Below, one piece after another: positions 50,301 through 60,359 of a stretch of DNA of 64,000 bases. Source of the stretch: Bdellovibrionales bacterium. Lineage in GTDB: Bacteria > Bdellovibrionota > Bdellovibrionia > Bdellovibrionales > CAYMLA01. Below the pieces are notes generated by a model. The model was not told the DNA's origin. It made no database searches and was given only the letters and a program-made list of their open reading frames with translations. The stretch lies in NCBI GenBank assembly GCA_965217115.1, contig OZ244239.1:1312001-1376000 (forward strand), in the 5' to 3' direction. Positions within the stretch are counted from its first letter, which is position 1; each line of letters starts with the position of its first letter. The translations under genes were made by a program, and so were the position numbers.

Positions 50301-50343
50301 AATAGGGAGATCTCTAAATAAATAAAAACACGCTATGCTTTAG

Positions 50344-51162
50344 TTACTGCATAAAGATTAATATGAATAGGTACATAACGGGTAGAGCAAAGAGAAGGCT
50401 GTCAATTCGGTCTAGAACACCTCCATGTCCAGGCATGAATTTTCCAGAGTCTTTTACGCCGTTAATTCTTTTTAAGAGGGATTCAAAAAAATCTCCCGAT
50501 TGAGCAAAAACCCCCAGACAGAGACCAAGAAGAAAAAAACTCCAGACAGGAGTCGAGGGGAAAAAATAGATTCCGAAAGAAACGGTGGAGAGAAGTGATC
50601 CAGCTAATCCCCCAAAGGAGCCTTCAACTGTTTTAAGAGGAGAGAGATGGGGAAGGATCTTGTTTTTTCCAAAATTGACACCAATGATGTAGGCCAGAGT
50701 GTCCCCAGAAAAAACAGCGACAAAAACCAGGGCAAAAAGAATGAGGCCTTCTTCAAGGAGAAGAATTTTCCCAGCAAAGCTTGGCAAAAGACCGCAATAA
50801 AATAAACCAAAGCTAGAGCGTAGTGACCACTGCTTTAATTGTTCTAAATCTTGGCGAAAAGGAGCAGCAAGTAAGCACATGACAATAGAGAGAAGTACGC
50901 TGATGGAGAAAAAAGACATCGCCCAAGAAGGTTGAAAAACCATGAAGCAGTAATTAGAGAGAACGAGGCCATAGAAAAGCAATTTTAGACGTTTGCTAGA
51001 TTTAAAATGAGAGAAAGTCAGACGATTATATTCGCGGGCAGAGAGCCATGATAAGAGTAGACACAAGTAAACAAGGCCCTTTGTAGGAAAAAAGAAATGT
51101 ATAACAACAAGAAGAGCAGTCGCAAGAATCGCAGAAAAGAATCTTTTAGTAAAAGTCGTCAT
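50344..51162 (-). CDS. cdsA: Phosphatidate cytidylyltransferase
   Basis: DTLAY, SPLKTVEG, GDFFESLLKR..VKDSG and HGGVLDRIDS motifs. Confidence 0.93.
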   Translation of the reverse strand: MTTFTKRFFSAILATALLVVIHFFFPTKGLVYLCLLLSWLSAREYNRLTFSHFKSSKRLKLLFYGLVLSNYCFMVFQPSWAMSFFSISVLLSIVMCLLAAPFRQDLEQLKQWSLRSSFGLFYCGLLPSFAGKILLLEEGLILFALVFVAVFSGDTLAYIIGVNFGKNKILPHLSPLKTVEGSFGGLAGSLLSTVSFGIYFFPSTPVWSFFLLGLCLGVFAQSGDFFESLLKRINGVKDSGKFMPGHGGVLDRIDSLLFALPVMYLFILIFMQ

Positions 51163-51901
51163 TATTCTGCACAGTTCCTTCAACAAAAGACGGAGTTTGT
51201 TTTTGCGTGATACTACCAAAGCGTCGATGGCGTTTTCTGAAAGCAGCAAGAGCTTGATAAAGGTGTTTTTTTGTAAAATCAGGCCAATTCACATCAGTAA
51301 AGTACATTTCACTATATGCACATTGCCAGAGCAGAAAATTAGAAAGACGCATTTCGCCACTTGTACGAATAATTAAATCTGGAGAGGGAGTTGGGTGAGT
51401 CCAAAGATGACGAGAGAGGAGATCCTCATTGATATCGTTGATCTGAATTTTTTCTTCTTTGATTTGTACTGCTATTTTTCGGGTCGCTTGGACAATATCA
51501 GATTGGCCACCGTAGTTAAGGGCTAAGGTAAGCTCCATTCCCGTGTTATTAGCTGTTAAGTCGATGTTGTGTTGAACTTCCTTGATGATCTCCGCAGGGA
51601 GTTGTTCAAGTAAGCCAATGGACTTGAAGCGGATATTTTCTTTCATCAAAGTGTCGCGTTCACGCACAAGATGGCGGTTTAGTAGGCGCATTAACAAATT
51701 TATTTCTGTTTGAGGACGTCGCCAGTTCTCTGTGCTAAAAGTAAAAAGAGTGAGATATTTTATATTTCTTTCTGTGGCATATTGAATAATCTCTCGGGCC
51801 ACTTTAGCCCCCTTGATATGGCCAAAAGCACGATGTCTATGGCGTGCCTCAGCCCAACGCCCATTTCCATCCATAATGATTGCAATGTGCTTTGGGATCA
51901 T
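51146..51901 (-). CDS. uppS: Undecaprenyl diphosphate synthase
   Basis: HIAIIMDGNGRWA, FSTENWRRP and RTSGEMRLSNFLLWQ motifs. Confidence 0.96.
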   Translation of the reverse strand: MIPKHIAIIMDGNGRWAEARHRHRAFGHIKGAKVAREIIQYATERNIKYLTLFTFSTENWRRPQTEINLLMRLLNRHLVRERDTLMKENIRFKSIGLLEQLPAEIIKEVQHNIDLTANNTGMELTLALNYGGQSDIVQATRKIAVQIKEEKIQINDINEDLLSRHLWTHPTPSPDLIIRTSGEMRLSNFLLWQCAYSEMYFTDVNWPDFTKKHLYQALAAFRKRHRRFGSITQKQTPSFVEGTVQNNDDFY

Positions 51902-51938
51902 AAAGTTCCTTTTGATCTCAATACTAAGAGTTACTAAA

Positions 51939-52496
51939 TTAAAGAGTCAGAATATCTTGTTCTTTTTTATCTGAGATAGTGTCTATTTTTTTAATATAAG
52001 AGTCAGTCAATTTCTGAACTTTTCCTGTTATGGACTTCTGCTCATCTTCACTAAGCTCTTTGCTCTTAAGGGCAGATTTTGAAATATCATTGGCTTCTCG
52101 ACGTGTCATGCGTATAGCAATACGAGCCTCTTCAGAAATTTTCTTGATAGTTTTAACCAGTTCTTTTCTTCTCTCTTCTGTGACGTCAGGAACTTTTAGG
52201 CGAATAACTTTTCCGTCATTGATGGGTGACATTCCTAAATCACTTTTAACAAGAGCCATTTCTATATCTTTAAGAACAGCGGCTTCCCATGGGGCAATCA
52301 TAAAAGACTTGGCGTCGGGACAAGAGACAGAAGCTACTTGGCTTAAAGGGGTCGGGCTACCGTAGTAATTAACTTTTACGGTGTCTAACATAGAAGCATT
52401 CGCTTTTCCTGTGCGAACTTTTTTTAGCTCAGAGCCAAGAGACACTATAGCTTTTTCCATTTTTTCTTTTGAATTTTCTTCTAGGTTTTCAAGCAC
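51939..52496 (-). CDS. frr: Ribosome recycling factor
   Basis: RTGKA, YYGSPTPL and TEERRKELVK motifs. Confidence 0.96.
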   Translation of the reverse strand: MLENLEENSKEKMEKAIVSLGSELKKVRTGKANASMLDTVKVNYYGSPTPLSQVASVSCPDAKSFMIAPWEAAVLKDIEMALVKSDLGMSPINDGKVIRLKVPDVTEERRKELVKTIKKISEEARIAIRMTRREANDISKSALKSKELSEDEQKSITGKVQKLTDSYIKKIDTISDKKEQDILTL

Positions 52497-52527
52497 GGGT
52501 AATCTCCTTTTTTATTTATCAAATAAT

Positions 52528-53238
52528 TTATTTAATAGTAGTTCCTATCTCTTCTCCTGAAATAGCTTTGAGGATATTACCAGGAGTGTTTAAGTTAAAG
52601 GTGATAATAGGAAGTTTATTATTCATACATAAAGAAACGGCAGTAGAATCCATAACTTCGAGTCCTTTGTTAAGAACATCAATATAGGAAAGTTGACTAA
52701 ATTTAACGGCATCACTATGAGTCACGGGATCTTTATCATAAATGCCATCGACTTTTGTTGCTTTTAAAATCACATCAGCATTGATTTCCATAGCGCGTAA
52801 TGCGGCGGCTGTATCTGTTGTAAAGTAAGGGTTGCCTGTGCCGGCACCAAAAATCACGACTCGTCCCTTTTTTAAGTGACGCATAGCACGTCGTCGAATA
52901 TATGGTTCGGCAATTTCTGCCATTTGGATAGCTGTTTGTACACGTGTTTGTACTCCATCTTTTTCGAGAGCATCTTGAAGGGCAAGGGCGTTAATGCATG
53001 TTGCAAGCATTCCCATGTAATCGGAGCTAGAGCGATCCATGCCTTCCGCAGAAGCGGCAACACCACGAAAAATATTTCCGCCACCAATGACAATACCAAT
53101 TTCAACGCCTGTGCGAGAAGCACCCCCGACGTCTTTTGCAATACGCCGAATGACGGTGGTGTTTATTCCAGTACCCTGCTCTCCTCCGAGAGCTTCGCCA
53201 CTCAATTTTAATAGAACACGATGATATTTTTTCCCCAA
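52528..53238 (-). CDS. pyrH: UMP kinase
   Basis: [17 protein letters not shown] and [11 protein letters not shown] motifs. Confidence 0.97.
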   Translation of the reverse strand: MGKKYHRVLLKLSGEALGGEQGTGINTTVIRRIAKDVGGASRTGVEIGIVIGGGNIFRGVAASAEGMDRSSSDYMGMLATCINALALQDALEKDGVQTRVQTAIQMAEIAEPYIRRRAMRHLKKGRVVIFGAGTGNPYFTTDTAAALRAMEINADVILKATKVDGIYDKDPVTHSDAVKFSQLSYIDVLNKGLEVMDSTAVSLCMNNKLPIITFNLNTPGNILKAISGEEIGTTIK

Positions 53239-53258
53239 GTGAACTCCTGTTAAATTAT

Positions 53259-53909
53259 CTAGTGCTGCTGAGTAACGGCAGCAACTTCGTCGGCAAAGTT
53301 TTCCTCTTTTTTTGCAAGACCCTCGCCTAATTCAAAACGAGCAAAACGACGGATATCGAGTTTTTCACCAATTTTAACAACCATGTTGTTGAGATGTTCT
53401 TCGACGGTTACATCTGTGTTTTTAACAAACGTTTGTTTTAATAAACATTGTTGTGCAATCCATTTGTTGATTTGACCATCAACGATCTTTCCGATGATCT
53501 CTTCTTTTTTTCCCTCTTCTTTGGCCTTGGTCGTTAAGAAAATTCTTTCTTTTGAAATGAGGTCAGAGGAGAGATCCTCTTCTCTAACGGCTAGTGGAGC
53601 TGTTGCAGCAATGTGCATGGCAATATCCTTAGCAAAATCTTGAAAATCTTTGTTGCGAGCAACGAAGTCTGTCTCTGAATTGACTTCAACCATAACTCCA
53701 ACACGGCCGCCGTGCATATAGGTTTGTACAATACCTTCGGAAGCAATGCGGCCAGATTTTTTTGCAGCCTTAGCAAGACCTTTTGTGCGTAACCAATCGG
53801 CAGCTTGATCAAAATCTCCAGACGCTTCTTGCAAAGCTTTTTTGCAATCCAACATTCCAGCACCTGTTCTTGCGCGTAATTCTTTAACCTGACTTGCAGT
53901 AATAGACAT
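53259..53909 (-). CDS. tsf: Elongation factor Ts (short form)
   Basis: [19 protein letters not shown] and ETDFVA motifs. Confidence 0.97.
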   Translation of the reverse strand: MSITASQVKELRARTGAGMLDCKKALQEASGDFDQAADWLRTKGLAKAAKKSGRIASEGIVQTYMHGGRVGVMVEVNSETDFVARNKDFQDFAKDIAMHIAATAPLAVREEDLSSDLISKERIFLTTKAKEEGKKEEIIGKIVDGQINKWIAQQCLLKQTFVKNTDVTVEEHLNNMVVKIGEKLDIRRFARFELGEGLAKKEENFADEVAAVTQQH

Positions 53910-53940
53910 CTTTTACTCCCTAAGGATTTTTTATTAAAGG

Positions 53941-54939
53941 TTATTTTTTTTCTTCGACGTTATCTTTGATAGAGGTTTTTGTTTTTTCTCCAGTCTCGCT
54001 AGGTGCTTCCGTTGTTGGGTTGGCTTCAGCTTCGAGTTTTTTAAGCTCTCTATCGGCTAACTCACGGGCCACCTCCTCTTGTATTTCAACATCTTCGGCT
54101 GTCCCCGCTGCGACAAGTTTTCTTGCCTTGGTAACGGTCACAACGGCTGGTCCACTGGAGGTGTCTGCCCCACGTTTTCCCCGCGTTTTAACTTCTGCTT
54201 TTTTAGGAGTGCTTGAAAGAACTTCTTTGTCTCCTAATTCACGAAGCTTAGCTTGGTAGTTTTTTGCGCCTTCGTTGTAGGCTTCAGCAATGTGATTGGC
54301 AAAAAGATTAATAGAACGAATGGCATCATCATTTCCAGGAATAGGAAATTCAACTGTTCCGGGGTCAGAGTTAGTGTCAGCAATTCCGATAACGGGAATA
54401 CCGAGTTTTTTAGCTTCGGCAACGGCGATATGCTCTTTGTTGAGATCAACAACAAACAAAGCGCCTGGCGCACCGTTCATATCGCGAATTCCGCCTAAAT
54501 AATCAGAGAGGCGGGTGTAATCTTTTTCAATTTTTGAACGTTCTTTTTTAGAAAAAAGATCAAGATCACCATCTTCACGCATCTTATCGATTTTTTTTAG
54601 GCGTGTGATACTAGATTTAATAGTGGCGAAGTTAGTTAAGGTTCCACCGAGCCAGCGTTTAGTTATAAAATATTGGCTACATTTTTCGGCAGCGTCTTGG
54701 ATTGGGCCAATAGCCTGTTTTTTTGTTCCTACAAAAATAATAGATTGTCCCTTTGCGGCCATCTTTTCCACAAACTGGGCTGCTGTCTGTGCGTAATTGA
54801 CGGTTTTTTGCAGATCAATAATATGGATTCCCCCACGAACCGTGTACACATAGTTTTTCATTTTGGGGTTCCAGCGAGCTGTTTGGTGTCCAAAGTGGAC
54901 GCCAGCGTCGAGCATTTCTTTCATAGAAATTTGAGTCAT
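53941..54939 (-). CDS. rpsB: 30S ribosomal protein S2 with C-terminal extension
   Basis: AGVHFGH, RWLGGTLTN and PGNDDAIR motifs. Confidence 0.97.
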   Translation of the reverse strand: MTQISMKEMLDAGVHFGHQTARWNPKMKNYVYTVRGGIHIIDLQKTVNYAQTAAQFVEKMAAKGQSIIFVGTKKQAIGPIQDAAEKCSQYFITKRWLGGTLTNFATIKSSITRLKKIDKMREDGDLDLFSKKERSKIEKDYTRLSDYLGGIRDMNGAPGALFVVDLNKEHIAVAEAKKLGIPVIGIADTNSDPGTVEFPIPGNDDAIRSINLFANHIAEAYNEGAKNYQAKLRELGDKEVLSSTPKKAEVKTRGKRGADTSSGPAVVTVTKARKLVAAGTAEDVEIQEEVARELADRELKKLEAEANPTTEAPSETGEKTKTSIKDNVEEKK

Positions 54940-54942
54940 AAA

Positions 54943-55025
54943 TTACCTCTGGTTAAGCCTCCTCCTCGAAATGTAATTCAGACCAGGGTCATGAACACCA
55001 GGGTTATCAAGGAGTGAGTAGTTAA
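54943..55025 (-). ncRNA. rpsB (S2/t44-type) leader RNA
   Basis: Minus strand CTCCTTGA...TCGAGGAG closing stem followed by GAGGCTTAACC-AGAGG, resembling the known rpsB leader 3' motif. Confidence 0.6.
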
Positions 55026-55033
55026 TAATTATC

Positions 55034-56173
55034 TCAAGGGTTTAGCATATTTTTTGTACTAGGGGCAACCCCTATTAGAGAGCTTAATGCTATTTGTGCC
55101 CTTTCAATAGCCCCTTCAACTCCACGATAGGCACTGAGTTGAGGTGAGGCTAAAAAGAGGGAAAGACCTTCTTTAAGCACTTGATTTTCCTCGGAATTCA
55201 GTCCTTCTAGGGGAGATGTGTCTTCAATAAAAAGCAGCTTATCATCGATGATCGTTTTTAAAGCTTCAGGAAAAAGACGTTTGACCTGTTTTTTTATTTT
55301 TTTGACAGTGTTTCCTGCCACTTCATGATTCTCATTGGAGGGGTAGAAAGTTGTCCAACTAGAAGTGTGTGGGTCTAGGAAATGTCCCCAAACAACCCCT
55401 GTGGTGTCATTTTTTTCACTGATTGGCATGATAAAAGTATTTTGCCCATCGTAAATTGGTTCAGAATGCTTTACATTCCAGTGCAAAGTTCCCCAGAGAG
55501 GAGTCTTCATAATTTTTTGTAAAGACCGTGGTTTTAATGAATCAGAAGAGAGGGTTTGCACGAGTTTTTTTAGCGGTAAACAAGAGAAGTAATTTTTTGC
55601 TGTGTAAAAAAGATGACCATTGACATGAATTCCCTGAATTTGCTGGGCCTGGGTTTCAATTTTGGTGAGATGGGAATTTGGGAAAAAGTCCCCTTTGAAT
55701 TCTTTGGTTAAAGTATTGATCCAATCTTGAGGTGTGAGTTTTAAATGTGTAATCTTTTTTTCAAGATGAGGTTTTAGTTCAGCGTAAAAAGAAGGTGGAT
55801 TACCGGCAAAGCCTAAAAAAGGCAATATTCGATCCTTGTCTAGTGTTAGAGGCGGAAGCTCCTGCTGCTCTCCGAGAATTTCTTTGTTAAGAAATTTTTC
55901 TAGCCACTTTAAGTGTTCTAATGTTTTGTTTTGTAGGGGAAGAGTATTTTTGTTGCAAAATCTTGTGGTTCCCCCAGCTTGATCTCGACTGTCAATGAGC
56001 GCAACAGAGAAACCTCTTTTTTCCAGGCCATAAGCAATAAGAAGACCCTCAAGATCAGCTCCGAGAACGATGCAATCATAAGAGCGAGTCTTTTTTTTAC
56101 TGCGAGGTTGTTTTTCATTAGTTTTCTTTTCTTCATTGTGAATGAGTGTTGTCATGGTTTTACGATGATCCAT
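55034..56173 (-). CDS. FAD/NAD(P)-binding oxidoreductase-like protein (degenerate Rossmann motif)
   Basis: YDCIVLGADLEGL..A..L...G followed by D....GG; start could be 56155. Confidence 0.6.
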   Translation of the reverse strand: MDHRKTMTTLIHNEEKKTNEKQPRSKKKTRSYDCIVLGADLEGLLIAYGLEKRGFSVALIDSRDQAGGTTRFCNKNTLPLQNKTLEHLKWLEKFLNKEILGEQQELPPLTLDKDRILPFLGFAGNPPSFYAELKPHLEKKITHLKLTPQDWINTLTKEFKGDFFPNSHLTKIETQAQQIQGIHVNGHLFYTAKNYFSCLPLKKLVQTLSSDSLKPRSLQKIMKTPLWGTLHWNVKHSEPIYDGQNTFIMPISEKNDTTGVVWGHFLDPHTSSWTTFYPSNENHEVAGNTVKKIKKQVKRLFPEALKTIIDDKLLFIEDTSPLEGLNSEENQVLKEGLSLFLASPQLSAYRGVEGAIERAQIALSSLIGVAPSTKNMLNP

Positions 56174-56319
56174 GATTTTATAGAAAGCAAGGGAAAACAG
56201 TCGTTATTTTTGATATTGCTCTGCTAATAGGCATTGCATGACGGGTAAGATCTGGATAAAGAGGGTTTAAGAACTTAGTTTAGAAAATGTCGGTCGTGGT
56301 ATCGATTGTGTTTTTATAA

Positions 56320-58392
56320 TTACAAAAAACTTATAGGGTCGACATCAATCATAACTTTGGTTGTAGATTCGATCCACTTGCCGTCACTGAGAACTTGAGA
56401 ACAAAAAGTTCTCAGCGTTTGTGAAGATGAAGACTTTGTTAATAGGTGGAAGCGATGTTGTCCACGTAGACGTGCAAGAGGTGCTTCGACGGGTCCTAAA
56501 ACAGTGATGGAAGCAAATTGAGGGTACTTGTCTTTGAGTATTTGAATGCGTGAGCTGAGTTTTTTGAGGGATGTCTTAACTTTGTCCATATGCAAACCTT
56601 GAATACGGATGGAGCAGATTTTTTCAAAAGGAGGATACTTAAGTTCATCACGATTGGAAAGTTCCTCTTGAGCAAACCCCTTAAAGTCATGAAGAAGAGC
56701 GTGTTTAAGACAAGGGTGGGAGGGGTTGTAGGTTTGGACAATTACTTTTCCAGGAAGTTCGTTTTTTTGAATGTGCCTTCCAGCTCTCCCGCTGACTTGG
56801 CAAATTAGTTGAAAACTTCTCTCAGCAGCACGAAAATCAGGAAGGTTAAAACCAACATCAGCGAGAACAACTCCAACAAGTGTGAGATCAGGAAAGTCTA
56901 GGCCTTTAGCAATCATCTGAGTGCCGATGATGATATCAACGTCTTTGTTTTCAACTTCTTGTATGAACCTTTCCATGTCTTCACGGGAGTTGATTTCATC
57001 TCGATCGGCTCGACTGATACGTGCTGTTGGAAAGAGAGTTTGTATATTTTTTTCAATAAGCTCCGTGCCTGTTCCGAGAGGTTGTAGTTCTCCTTCTTTA
57101 CAGTCAGGACAGTTTTCGTGTAGGCTATCGTGGTAACCGCAGTAGTGGCAAATTAGGTTTGAGCGACTGTGAAGAGTCAGGCTGACGGCGCAATCAGGAC
57201 ATTCGTAGACATAGCCACAGTCTTTACAGTGGACAACCTGTGCCACTCCTCGTCGGTTGAGAAACAAAGCGCTTTGCTTATTTTGTTTTAAATTTTCCTT
57301 AAGAGCTTGATAAAGCTGGTGGCTTAGCCAAAAAGGAAGCTCTTCTTCTTTTGAGGTTTGGTTGTCTTCCTCGTTCTTACGCATAGGTATGATTTCTATT
57401 TTTGGCATTGGGCGATTATTGACACGTTTTTCCATGGAGTGAAGTTGATATATTCCTTTTTTTGAATTTTGCCAAGATTCTAAACTAGGGGTTGCTGAGC
57501 CAAGAACAATTGGACAATTTAGTTTCTTTGCAATAACAACGGCAGCATCTCTTGCGTGGTATTTGAGTTTTTCATTTTGTTTAAAGCTAGGTTCGTGCTC
57601 TTCATCAATAATAATAATCCCTAAAGAAGCAATAGGGCAAAACAGAGCGGATCTTGCTCCAATGAGAATATTTTTCTTATTATCAACGATCTCCCACCAT
57701 TGGTTTGTTTTTTCTCGTGGAGTGAGGTGTGAATGTATAACGGCGATCTGTTGACCAAACCGCGCGTGAAACCTTTGTACAAGTTGAGGAGTGAGTGAGA
57801 TTTCTGGAACAAGAACAAGCCCTTTTTTTCCTTGAGAGAGGGTTTTTTCTAAAAGATTGAGATAAACTTCCGTCTTTCCTGAGCCAGTAACTCCGTGAAC
57901 AAGATGCACGTTAAATTTGTTGAGTGATTGAGCCATATCATTAGTTACTTTTTGTTGTTCACCTGTAAGTTTAGGAATCACTGGGTTTTTTTCTGAAGAG
58001 CATTCAACCCCTTCTGTCGTTTTTATGATGGGAGATTTACGAGTTTTGTTGCGAAGAGTTCCTTTTTTTAAGGGAGGAAAAGAGAGATGACAGGTTTGTC
58101 CAATGGGGTAGAGATAATAATTAGAAACCCATGTGAGCCATGAGATGTGAACTGATGATAGAGGTGGGAAGTCTTCTTGTAGAGATGAAATGGGCTTTAG
58201 CTTATAGTTACCCTTGTCTTTGGTTGTGCCAATGATAACACCATCAAGCTGTCTTTTTCCGAGAGGAACTTTGACTCTAAGGCCTATGGGGTTGTTGGGT
58301 AGACTCTGTTCTGGCGGTAAGTAGGTAAGAGGTTCTTTGAGTGGCGCATTGACAGCGACAACTAGATAAATAGAACCAGAATTTTGATTCAT
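56320..58392 (-). CDS. priA: Primosomal protein N' (replication restart helicase)
   Basis: GVTGSGKTEVY, DEEH, SATPS, four CxxC pairs and QVSGRAGR motifs. Confidence 0.96.
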   Translation of the reverse strand: MNQNSGSIYLVVAVNAPLKEPLTYLPPEQSLPNNPIGLRVKVPLGKRQLDGVIIGTTKDKGNYKLKPISSLQEDFPPLSSVHISWLTWVSNYYLYPIGQTCHLSFPPLKKGTLRNKTRKSPIIKTTEGVECSSEKNPVIPKLTGEQQKVTNDMAQSLNKFNVHLVHGVTGSGKTEVYLNLLEKTLSQGKKGLVLVPEISLTPQLVQRFHARFGQQIAVIHSHLTPREKTNQWWEIVDNKKNILIGARSALFCPIASLGIIIIDEEHEPSFKQNEKLKYHARDAAVVIAKKLNCPIVLGSATPSLESWQNSKKGIYQLHSMEKRVNNRPMPKIEIIPMRKNEEDNQTSKEEELPFWLSHQLYQALKENLKQNKQSALFLNRRGVAQVVHCKDCGYVYECPDCAVSLTLHSRSNLICHYCGYHDSLHENCPDCKEGELQPLGTGTELIEKNIQTLFPTARISRADRDEINSREDMERFIQEVENKDVDIIIGTQMIAKGLDFPDLTLVGVVLADVGFNLPDFRAAERSFQLICQVSGRAGRHIQKNELPGKVIVQTYNPSHPCLKHALLHDFKGFAQEELSNRDELKYPPFEKICSIRIQGLHMDKVKTSLKKLSSRIQILKDKYPQFASITVLGPVEAPLARLRGQHRFHLLTKSSSSQTLRTFCSQVLSDGKWIESTTKVMIDVDPISFL

Positions 58393-58395
58393 AAA

Positions 58396-59280
58396 CTATC
58401 TGAACCTTCGATAAAAATTAAGGATAAGATTTTTATTTGGAGCATTCTGAAGCCCTTCGATTTTGGTTGGTTGGTTGAGGTTTTCTGTTGAGAATTTATT
58501 TTTTAGTATTTTACTAGATGTTTTATTCTTTACTGAAATGAGTTGAATCTTGTACTGTCTGTCGTGCCACTGAATATAACGTATTTTAGGAAAATAAAGA
58601 TTTTTAGAATATTGAGAGAAGGAGGAGCTTGTTATCTCCGCCCCTGATTTTAGACGTAATTTTCTTAGTACAAAGTGATCTTGTTCTATCCATGCTCCAG
58701 GCAATAGGTTCTTCTGGGTTGATGGTGTTCCGTAGCCGTAGGCCACAACACCACTGACACGGGTTAATCTGGAAAAAGGTTCATAGACGTAGCCAGTTTC
58801 GCTAAGGTCACTTGGTTCGTAGGAATTCATAAGAAAGGACGGAGGAAGGATGTTTTGTTTTTTTAATCTATGGGCAAATTTTTCCAATGAGCGGTAGTGA
58901 AAAAAATTTTCTATAAAATCTGAAGAAATTTCGTGGGAGATGTTTTTTTTAGATGAATCGATGGAATAACGATGGCCCTTTTTATAAAGGTATTCAAAAA
59001 AAATGGTCTTCTTCCACTCGCGAGTTCCAGTGACGGTTAAGTGCATGGAGTCTTCACTCTCTATGAGCCAAACTTCGCGGAGTGTAAAATTATTAAAAAG
59101 ACCAAGGTTTGTAGCTTCGTTAGGAAAGGAGACCTCTTGTTCAATTTCATAAATCCCAGACCCATGTCTCTTAACCGCTCTGCTTAAAATAGTTTTAGCT
59201 GAGGGAATATAAGAAAAGCAAAAACAGGGAAGAATCATTAATGTGAAAAAAAAGAAGAGTTTTTTTCTTAGAGCGATCAT
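58396..59280 (-). CDS. Hypothetical exported protein
   Basis: 294-aa ORF with signal peptide, overlapping the galU stop. Confidence 0.7.
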   Translation of the reverse strand: MIALRKKLFFFFTLMILPCFCFSYIPSAKTILSRAVKRHGSGIYEIEQEVSFPNEATNLGLFNNFTLREVWLIESEDSMHLTVTGTREWKKTIFFEYLYKKGHRYSIDSSKKNISHEISSDFIENFFHYRSLEKFAHRLKKQNILPPSFLMNSYEPSDLSETGYVYEPFSRLTRVSGVVAYGYGTPSTQKNLLPGAWIEQDHFVLRKLRLKSGAEITSSSFSQYSKNLYFPKIRYIQWHDRQYKIQLISVKNKTSSKILKNKFSTENLNQPTKIEGLQNAPNKNLILNFYRRFR

Positions 59281-60149
59281 TTTCCCACCAGACCTTTTAA
59301 ATATTTTTTAAGGGGTTGTTCAAGGGTTGTGTCTTTTAAGGCAAATTCTATGTTGGCCTGAAGATAGCCAAGTTTATCTCCAGCATCATATCTTTGTGAA
59401 GTAAAAGTTTGGGCAAGGAGGCCTTCATTTTCTGCTAGTTGCACCATGGCATCGGTCAGCTGAATTTCACCATTTTTCCCAGGAGAGGTTTTTTCAAGAT
59501 AGCTAAAAATGCGATTATCAAAAACATATCGTCCAGGTAGAGCGAGATTGCTTGGAGCTTTGTCGGCAGAGGGTTTTTCGATAACATTTAGAACTTTGTA
59601 TTGGTTTTTTTCTTCAGAAAAAGATTCAACAGTGACGACGCCGTATTTACTGATGTTTTCTGGAGAAATTTCCATAACAGCGACGGAGGAAATTCCCGTA
59701 TCGGAGAAGGTTTGACAAAGCTCTTGGGTGACGGTTGGGGGAGAGATGATTTCATCTCCGAGAAGAACAGCAAAGGGGTCTTTGCCAATAACAGACTGAC
59801 CACAATAGACGGCATGGCCGAGACCCTTGGCTTCTTTTTGACGAACACTGATGATATTAACTTTATTTCGAATATCATGGATTTTTTTAAGTTCATTTAT
59901 CTTCCCTGCTTTGATGAGCTTATCTTCTAACTCGTAACTGGTATCAAAAAAATCTTCTATGGCAGACTTGCCTCTTCCTGTGATTAAGACAATATCTTCA
60001 ATTCCAGCTTGCAAGGCCTCTTCAATGACGTAGAGGATAATAGGAGTGTCGACAATGGGAAACATCTCTTTAGGGATCGTTTTGCTGGCGGGAAGAAAAC
60101 GAGTTCCTAGGCCAGCGGCGGGGATAAGGGCTTTTTTTATTTTTCTCAT
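59277..60149 (-). CDS. galU: UTP--glucose-1-phosphate uridylyltransferase
   Basis: IPAAGLGTRFLPASKTIPKEM, GLGHAV, EKP and EIQLTDA motifs. Confidence 0.96.
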   Translation of the reverse strand: MRKIKKALIPAAGLGTRFLPASKTIPKEMFPIVDTPIILYVIEEALQAGIEDIVLITGRGKSAIEDFFDTSYELEDKLIKAGKINELKKIHDIRNKVNIISVRQKEAKGLGHAVYCGQSVIGKDPFAVLLGDEIISPPTVTQELCQTFSDTGISSVAVMEISPENISKYGVVTVESFSEEKNQYKVLNVIEKPSADKAPSNLALPGRYVFDNRIFSYLEKTSPGKNGEIQLTDAMVQLAENEGLLAQTFTSQRYDAGDKLGYLQANIEFALKDTTLEQPLKKYLKGLVGK

Positions 60150-60359
60150 GGGGTCAAGAAACCATAAAACATCCTTGGAGGCAATGAAACAGACTTTTGT
60201 CTGGGAGAGAAGCATTTAAGCGTGTTTTAAGCAGATCTAAAGGTGTCCTTCCTAGACATGAGTCTGTCTCAAAACGAGAAAAACAAGTTTTTTTTAGGAG
60301 TGTTGATCTCAGAGTGGGGGGGGATGTGTTAGGCTAGATATAAGGCCTTGAGGGGGGAT

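Noticed and set aside
12442..59930. Numerous 60-150 aa antisense or alternate-frame ORFs inside core genes
   Set aside because: Fully nested in well-supported genes, with no independent coding signals.
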